Below are positions 59,358 through 64,000 of a stretch of DNA of 64,000 nucleotides, in pieces (position 1 is the first letter of the stretch; each line of letters starts with the position of its first letter). The DNA is from a virus (taxonomy: Duplodnaviria > Caudoviricetes), in the IMG/VR virus record IMGVR_UViG_3300025087_000689; one strand, 5' to 3'. The position numbers were made by a program, and so were the translations under genes. The notes below the pieces were generated by a model, which saw only the letters and a program-made list of their open reading frames with translations, did not search any database and had not been told where the DNA came from.

Positions 59358-59738
59358 CTATTCGAAGAGTTCTTTATTCATCTTTATCCATAAGCTTTTA
59401 AGTTTTTTACGATTTAGGTTGATGTACCCGCCCTCGTCTGGTCCACCGTCAATAGAAGTAAGTGCGTATTGCTCCATGATTTGAGATAGAGCTTCTGAGA
59501 TGTCGAAGTCCTCACCTGATAGACCAAGCTCTTCGCTATAGGTATGTTCCTGTGACGCGATGGTCGCGATACATTCATTGATCTTGGTCACGATATCTTC
59601 AGTAATCTCATCAGCTTCAATACAGTCTTTGATTTTACTTGGAAGAGTTTCCAATGTAAATTCTGGAATTTTCTTTGGTAGTAGAACTACAAAGCTTGAA
59701 CTGCTCGAGTTTGATACGAATCCATTTCTAATTTTCAT
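59358..59738 (-). CDS. FVSNSS-family protein 4
   Basis: MKIRNGFVSNSSSSSF from ATG 59738, TAATG-coupled to member 5. Confidence 0.75.
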   Translation of the reverse strand: MKIRNGFVSNSSSSSFVVLLPKKIPEFTLETLPSKIKDCIEADEITEDIVTKINECIATIASQEHTYSEELGLSGEDFDISEALSQIMEQYALTSIDGGPDEGGYINLNRKKLKSLWIKMNKELFE

Positions 59739-59989
59739 TAATCGTTCCATTCTATTTTATCTTCTGGTATACCAATCTTATCGAAGTAATCTGCCATACT
59801 AAAGTTATCCAGAGAGGTAAAACCTTCTACTGTAGTTTCAGTCTCTGTAATGAGCCAAGGATCAGCATCAAATCCTGGTTCTAGACATGCATCATGTATA
59901 AGATATATTTGTTCTCGTGTTAATTCAGATTTATTAATCACGAAAGAACTGCTAGATGAATTACTTACGAATCCGTTTCTTATTTTCAT
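59738..59989 (-). CDS. FVSNSS-family protein 5
   Basis: MKIRNGFVSNSSSSSF from ATG 59989 after AAGGAG. Confidence 0.75.
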   Translation of the reverse strand: MKIRNGFVSNSSSSSFVINKSELTREQIYLIHDACLEPGFDADPWLITETETTVEGFTSLDNFSMADYFDKIGIPEDKIEWND

Positions 59990-60231
59990 TTTATACTCCT
60001 TATTGTTCCACAAATTGTACAACGACCCATTGGATGTTTCTTACTAACTTTGAATTTGTGTTCACAGCTTTCAGCTAGATCTGTCCATGCATGAGAACTA
60101 AGTAATTGATATATCTCATAATAGATAGGATTAGCGTTTTTCTTATCCATCTTCTTAGCTGTGTAATTCATACATCTCATAAGCTTACGCATGTACTTCT
60201 TGAGATATTTTCTATCTAATTTATCTTTCAT
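59986..60231 (-). CDS. Small protein with C-terminal Cys/His cluster
   Basis: CEH...HP...CTIC. Confidence 0.5.
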   Translation of the reverse strand: MKDKLDRKYLKKYMRKLMRCMNYTAKKMDKKNANPIYYEIYQLLSSHAWTDLAESCEHKFKVSKKHPMGRCTICGTIRSIK

Positions 60232-60599
60232 ATTGTCTCCGAGGGCATAGATAGTATAAGATCTTCTGTTCTAAAGAAAATTGGTATCTTTAGCTTCGTC
60301 GCTCTGTCTAATTCTTTTCTCGTACCTAGTGAAGATTCCCATCCTGGAACCACAAGTACAGCATCAGCCTTCTCAAGCCAAGCAATAGAATACTCATAAA
60401 AGTCTTCCGTCTTTATATGAGTAACATCAACATCATCCATTACTAAATTAAATAGAAAATCCACGAAAGGCGAAAAGGGTGCATAACCTAATAGAAATAC
60501 TTTTGAACTTAGCTGGATGCCTTTACGAATGTTATTGAGATACTTACCAGCACTTGGAGCATTGATAGCTCCAGCTATATAAACTCTTTTTCTTTTCAT
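60228..60599 (-). CDS. DUF4406 / nucleoside deoxyribosyltransferase-like protein
   Basis: VYIAGAI...PFSP...WLEKADAVLVVPGWESSLGTRKE...A....IPIF. Confidence 0.7.
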   Translation of the reverse strand: MKRKRVYIAGAINAPSAGKYLNNIRKGIQLSSKVFLLGYAPFSPFVDFLFNLVMDDVDVTHIKTEDFYEYSIAWLEKADAVLVVPGWESSLGTRKELDRATKLKIPIFFRTEDLILSMPSETI

Positions 60600-60808
60600 T
60601 TAGTCCTCGTGTTCCACTTCTCAATGAGTCTGCTTTTCTTGGACATAGATAAGGTTTCGTAATTCATACAGTGTAAATAACAGTCTCGAAAATGTTTAAC
60701 TATTAATTCATAATATCCTTGTCCTACACTTTCTATGTATGGATATACACCACAGAAAGGACATGGTAAAAACTCTTCTTGTTTCTTTTTCGTAATAACT
60801 TGTTTCAT
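60596..60808 (-). CDS. Lar-like restriction-alleviation family protein
   Basis: LPCPFCG...C..C...IEKWNTR. Confidence 0.6.
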   Translation of the reverse strand: MKQVITKKKQEEFLPCPFCGVYPYIESVGQGYYELIVKHFRDCYLHCMNYETLSMSKKSRLIEKWNTRTK

Positions 60809-61065
60809 TAGTATACATCTCCGTTAAATTTTATTTTTTCATCTTCATAAGGACCGACTAGTCTACGGTAGAATTCAAGCTTAGCACATTCAAGAGCTCC
60901 AACTATGGCGTTAAGTGAAGTATAGTTTAATGCGTGATGTTCTATGTAACTAATACATAGTTTTGTAATCGCATAATTAAGTTCACCTTCGGTGAGTGTT
61001 GAATTTATAATCCTTTTAAGTTTAGGATCTATAGTAGTTTTTATTCTTTGTTCTATATATGGCAT
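60808..61065 (-). CDS. Phage-type hypothetical protein
   Basis: MPYI...GELNY...YTSLNAIVGALECAKLEFYRR..PYED.K...NGDVY. Confidence 0.6.
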   Translation of the reverse strand: MPYIEQRIKTTIDPKLKRIINSTLTEGELNYAITKLCISYIEHHALNYTSLNAIVGALECAKLEFYRRLVGPYEDEKIKFNGDVY

Positions 61066-61445
61066 TAATATACTCCTTCTATTGGATTAAAGTTATGATT
61101 CTTTTCAGCGTCTTCTTTAATCATTTCACTCGTCAGCATTTTAAGATTGTATTTTTTTACACCAGCTACTTCCTCAGCACTATGTTGAGCATCTGCTTGA
61201 TACATCATAGACCATTCTTGACCAAACTTTTCTTGCATCATAGAACGAGCAGTCTCTTGATCATATGCCTGAATTACAATGTAATGGTTTCCCCACTTCT
61301 GACCACATCCAAAAGTACATACATATGTCATAAGGTCACTCTTCTCTCTACTTGCATCTCCATCATGTAACGGTAATGGTGTACCTGTTCTTCTAAAATT
61401 AATTTGTTCTCTTGAAATAGACATTAGATGTTGTATAAAGGACAC
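61065..61445 (-). CDS. Hypothetical protein
   Basis: CTFGCGQ...YIVIQA...AR..M...FG..WS..Y. Confidence 0.5.
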   Translation of the reverse strand: MSFIQHLMSISREQINFRRTGTPLPLHDGDASREKSDLMTYVCTFGCGQKWGNHYIVIQAYDQETARSMMQEKFGQEWSMMYQADAQHSAEEVAGVKKYNLKMLTSEMIKEDAEKNHNFNPIEGVY

Positions 61446-62410
61446 TTGCGATTATTTTTAAGTAGTCCTTCTCTCCATACTTGCATACGTTCATTGTTCC
61501 AAACATCTTCCATGTAGGCTTTGCATGTAATCATATCTAATCCAGTTTCCCATCCAGGAGTTCCAGGAGCAAAACTACACGGAAAAGCTTTCGCATTTAC
61601 ATCTATATAAATAGAAAATAATGAGCTCTCACAAGGCTCAACAAATACAGATAATTTCTTGAGCTTCTCATTCCCAGTTTCATCTACATATTTGAGAAAT
61701 TTGTGAGCAGTACAACTATCAAACCCTATTGAAACCTTATGTGACATAGCATAGTCAATCATATCTTTGAATAAATAATAAGGAAGCGGAGTAAATCCTA
61801 CACCTCTACCCTTCTGTTTCAAAGATAACATTACAATGGCATTAAGACCTGGAATATTTTTAGCTTCATTCATGATATCATAACACTTGCTTAACGTTTC
61901 GTCTGATACCATTTGATGTATATTTATCTGCTTGAGACCAGCCTCATGTAATAGTTGAATAGACCGCTTACAAGTATCAGTATCGTAATGACTTACAGCT
62001 ACGGCTCCACATAAACTCGCAAGCTTTTCAGCTGTATCTTCTGTAATATCAGCTACTGTAATGTTAGGAACTACATTATTTTGACGGCAATACTCCATCA
62101 TCTTAAATAGATCTGGATTAGCTGTTGCTTGAGAATCTACTCCGAATGCGACTTGTGTTAGATTTTTAGGTAACTTATCAAGTATTATCTTGAAAGTTTC
62201 AAAACTCATATTCTTGCCGTTAGGGTTGTTAGATTTATAGCAATGTTTACAACCACTATAGCAGATAGTTGTGATCTCAATATCCCCAATTTCAAGTCCT
62301 ATTGGAGATACTTGAGGATCATCCTGTCTTGTTTTACCCCAGCGAACAAAGAAACCTGTTTCAGTATCAAAATCGTAGTTATACTCTGGAAGACGGAGAC
62401 GCTTTACCAT
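61424..62410 (-). CDS. Radical SAM enzyme with C-terminal SPASM/Twitch-like Cys
   Basis: CYSGCKHCY (CxxxCxxC); EPCES..FSIYI.V....FPCSF...C...CP. Confidence 0.88.
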   Translation of the reverse strand: MVKRLRLPEYNYDFDTETGFFVRWGKTRQDDPQVSPIGLEIGDIEITTICYSGCKHCYKSNNPNGKNMSFETFKIILDKLPKNLTQVAFGVDSQATANPDLFKMMEYCRQNNVVPNITVADITEDTAEKLASLCGAVAVSHYDTDTCKRSIQLLHEAGLKQINIHQMVSDETLSKCYDIMNEAKNIPGLNAIVMLSLKQKGRGVGFTPLPYYLFKDMIDYAMSHKVSIGFDSCTAHKFLKYVDETGNEKLKKLSVFVEPCESSLFSIYIDVNAKAFPCSFAPGTPGWETGLDMITCKAYMEDVWNNERMQVWREGLLKNNRKCPLYNI

Positions 62411-62936
62411 TGGTATTACCTTGGTTAAGGTTTATAGTTTGTATTACTTGATCTAGACTGATAGGATAGAAGTTATGTACATCGACGCCGACGTCCAGTT
62501 GTCTTCCTTCTGGTGGTAGGTTACCATGGGAATGACCATACACCTGAATACTTTCGTAGTGAGAGCGAGGCCATTTTCTCATAGCGTAGTGACATGCAAC
62601 AAGATAAACGTTATCAAACTTACGTTCCCACATTGAACCAACTAGTAAAACCTTTTCTCCGATAGCTGTATCTAAGTTGAAATTCTTTATCCACTTATCA
62701 TGGCTACCAGTTATGAAGATATGTCTTCCATTAAGTTTACGAATGATAATCTTTGCATGTTGTTCTCTATTCATAGTAAAATCGCCGCAGTGAACTACAA
62801 TGTCATCATCTGTAACAACTTCATTGTGTCTTGCAGTCATCGCACGATTCATTTCATCAATAGAATTGAACGGTCTGTTACAATACTTAATGATGTTGGA
62901 GTGAGAATAATGCTCGTCTGATGTAAAAAAATACAT
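62379..62936 (-). CDS. Calcineurin-like metallophosphoesterase
   Basis: TSDEHYSH, HCGDF, GSHD, CHY, GHSHG. Confidence 0.88.
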   Translation of the reverse strand: MYFFTSDEHYSHSNIIKYCNRPFNSIDEMNRAMTARHNEVVTDDDIVVHCGDFTMNREQHAKIIIRKLNGRHIFITGSHDKWIKNFNLDTAIGEKVLLVGSMWERKFDNVYLVACHYAMRKWPRSHYESIQVYGHSHGNLPPEGRQLDVGVDVHNFYPISLDQVIQTINLNQGNTNGKASPSSRV

Positions 62937-63442
62937 TATGTTTTATACCATACCTTTGAGTTGATACTTAATTCCCAGTTACAACATTGTAATCCGTCTC
63001 TATAACCAACAACTTCTCTATATGTCTTAAGACTTTCTTCGGTAAGTGTATATAGATTAGAGAAAAAGATTCTAGTAATACCAGAAGCAACAATCATTCT
63101 GAAGCATTCTAAACAGGGAGCATGAGTTATGTAAATATGACAATCTTTTATAGGTATTCCATAAGCTGCAGCCTGTGCTATAGCATTTATCTCAGCGTGT
63201 GTTGTTCTCTTACAATTTCTTTTAACCATAAGATGACCAACATCATCACAATGCGAAGCACCTCTGAGTGATCCATTATAACCAGTGGTAAGAATACGAT
63301 GGTCATTTACTATAACAGCTCCTACATGAAGTCTATCACAAGTACTTCTACTTGAAACTACTTCACTAAGATTTAGGAAGTATGTATCCCAGTCTTTGCG
63401 TTTACTTTTCTTTTTCTTATTTGAGTTCACATTTATCTCCAC
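62936..63442 (-). CDS. dCMP deaminase
   Basis: RSTC.R.HVGAV, GYNG, HAEINA, PCLEC. Confidence 0.9.
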   Translation of the reverse strand: MEINVNSNKKKKSKRKDWDTYFLNLSEVVSSRSTCDRLHVGAVIVNDHRILTTGYNGSLRGASHCDDVGHLMVKRNCKRTTHAEINAIAQAAAYGIPIKDCHIYITHAPCLECFRMIVASGITRIFFSNLYTLTEESLKTYREVVGYRDGLQCCNWELSINSKVWYKT

Positions 63443-64000
63443 TGCAAGCTAAGGTTTTTGCTACTTCAGTTCTATCGCCTGTTTCTTTTTCATAGTTGCC
63501 TAACTTAGTAAAATCTATTTTTGGAAAAGTTTTTAAAAGTTTTTCGTATTGTTCTTCTGTAATTGGCTCGTATGGTGCTAATTCATATTTATGATCATCA
63601 TAAGGTAAAAACGACATGCCTATGATTTCATCAAAATGTTCGTATACCCAAGCACCTACTTTAATCCATTCATTGTTTTTAACGTATACTGTATTACTTA
63701 CATTATGATGAGACCAATTTTTTTGTAGCTTTAAATACCATTCCATTTGTTTCATGCAATCCCATTTATCTATAGTGATTGCTTTGTCAGGTGCTTTAAT
63801 TGGAAACTCAAGAACCATAGTTGTTCCTGTTTCAATATCTTGTTCTACTTCTGGTTTAAATGAAACTCCTTGTTCTTTCATTAATTTGAATAGTGGATCT
63901 ATTTTTGATATACGATATCTTCTAATATAAAATTTACTATATCGAGGATGACAACCAGATGAAGCATCAACTACTTGACTAACAGTGCCACTTGGCTTTA
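63417..64000 (-). CDS. nrdJ: Class II (B12-dependent) ribonucleotide reductase, 3' end; 5' part outside the window
   Basis: Frame open from the window end: KPSGTVSQVVDASSGCHPRYS..YIRR; HNVSNTVY; G.SFLP...YE.APYEPIT; C-terminal CSGDKC. Confidence 0.9.
   Translation of the reverse strand, partial: KPSGTVSQVVDASSGCHPRYSKFYIRRYRISKIDPLFKLMKEQGVSFKPEVEQDIETGTTMVLEFPIKAPDKAITIDKWDCMKQMEWYLKLQKNWSHHNVSNTVYVKNNEWIKVGAWVYEHFDEIIGMSFLPYDDHKYELAPYEPITEEQYEKLLKTFPKIDFTKLGNYEKETGDRTEVAKTLACSGDKCELK

Noticed and set aside
50635-59360. Stop-codon reassignment (TAG read as Trp or Gln)
   Set aside because: TGA also replaces Trp (54366). Long genes contain no in-frame TAG, and TAG is a clean terminator next to the following start at 6289-6291, 24920-24922 and 36762-36764.
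61424-62410. Anaerobic sulfatase-maturating enzyme linking the rSAM to the sulfur operon
   Set aside because: No sulfatase with a (C/S)xPxR motif in the window, and the FVSNSS motif does not match it.
200-63000. Short ORF-track entries antisense to or nested within larger genes (e.g. 200-448, 4689-5069, 21556-21972, 43417-43764, 61059-61370)
   Set aside because: They overlap well-supported genes, lack RBS and motifs, and have the composition of shadow frames.
1-64000. Eukaryotic giant virus (suggested by glycosylation genes and inteins)
   Set aside because: Shine-Dalgarno sites, overlapping operons, sigma-70 factor, DnaG, RusA and -35/-10 promoters indicate a bacterial host.
1-64000. tRNA, rRNA or riboswitch genes
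   Set aside because: Intergenic gaps are mostly under 100 nt. No cloverleaf or T-loop context was found outside coding sequence by eye; a tRNAscan/Infernal run would be decisive.

Overview
AT-rich, gene-dense segment of a large tailed-phage-like (jumbo-phage-type) genome read in genetic code 11. No rRNA, tRNA or CRISPR array was seen. It has four strand blocks. (1) 1-16.4 kb (+): large hypothetical proteins, probably virion tail/baseplate parts. Three share an N-terminal module and three are strongly enriched in Ser-Gly dipeptides. (2) 16.5-18.9 kb (-): small ORFs and a Cas4-like exonuclease. (3) 19.1-50.3 kb (+): Rad52/Sak annealing protein, intein-containing primase-helicase, ClpP and RusA, then a ~20 kb glycan operon. 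The operon holds GT4/GT9/GT2 glycosyltransferases, sugar C-methyltransferase, cupins, epimerase, acetyltransferase, two DegT aminotransferases, methyltransferases, a sulfotransferase, cysD, cysNC and a TauE transporter. Hsp20 follows. (4) 50.3-64 kb (-): a damaged thyX carrying an in-frame LAGLIDADG domain, a sigma-70-type factor, five paralogues starting MKIRxGFVSNSSxxS(F/Y), a GP88-like and a canonical radical SAM enzyme, a phosphoesterase, dCMP deaminase and the 3' end of a class II RNR. Three inteins and several intact or disabled homing endonucleases are present. The best candidates for an undescribed system are (a) a phage-encoded PAPS-dependent sulfated-glycan pathway, possibly decorating Ser-Gly-rich virion proteins, and (b) a radical-SAM / 'FVSNSS'-leader protein family. 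All family calls come from motif recognition by eye, and counts are by hand. No database searches were run.
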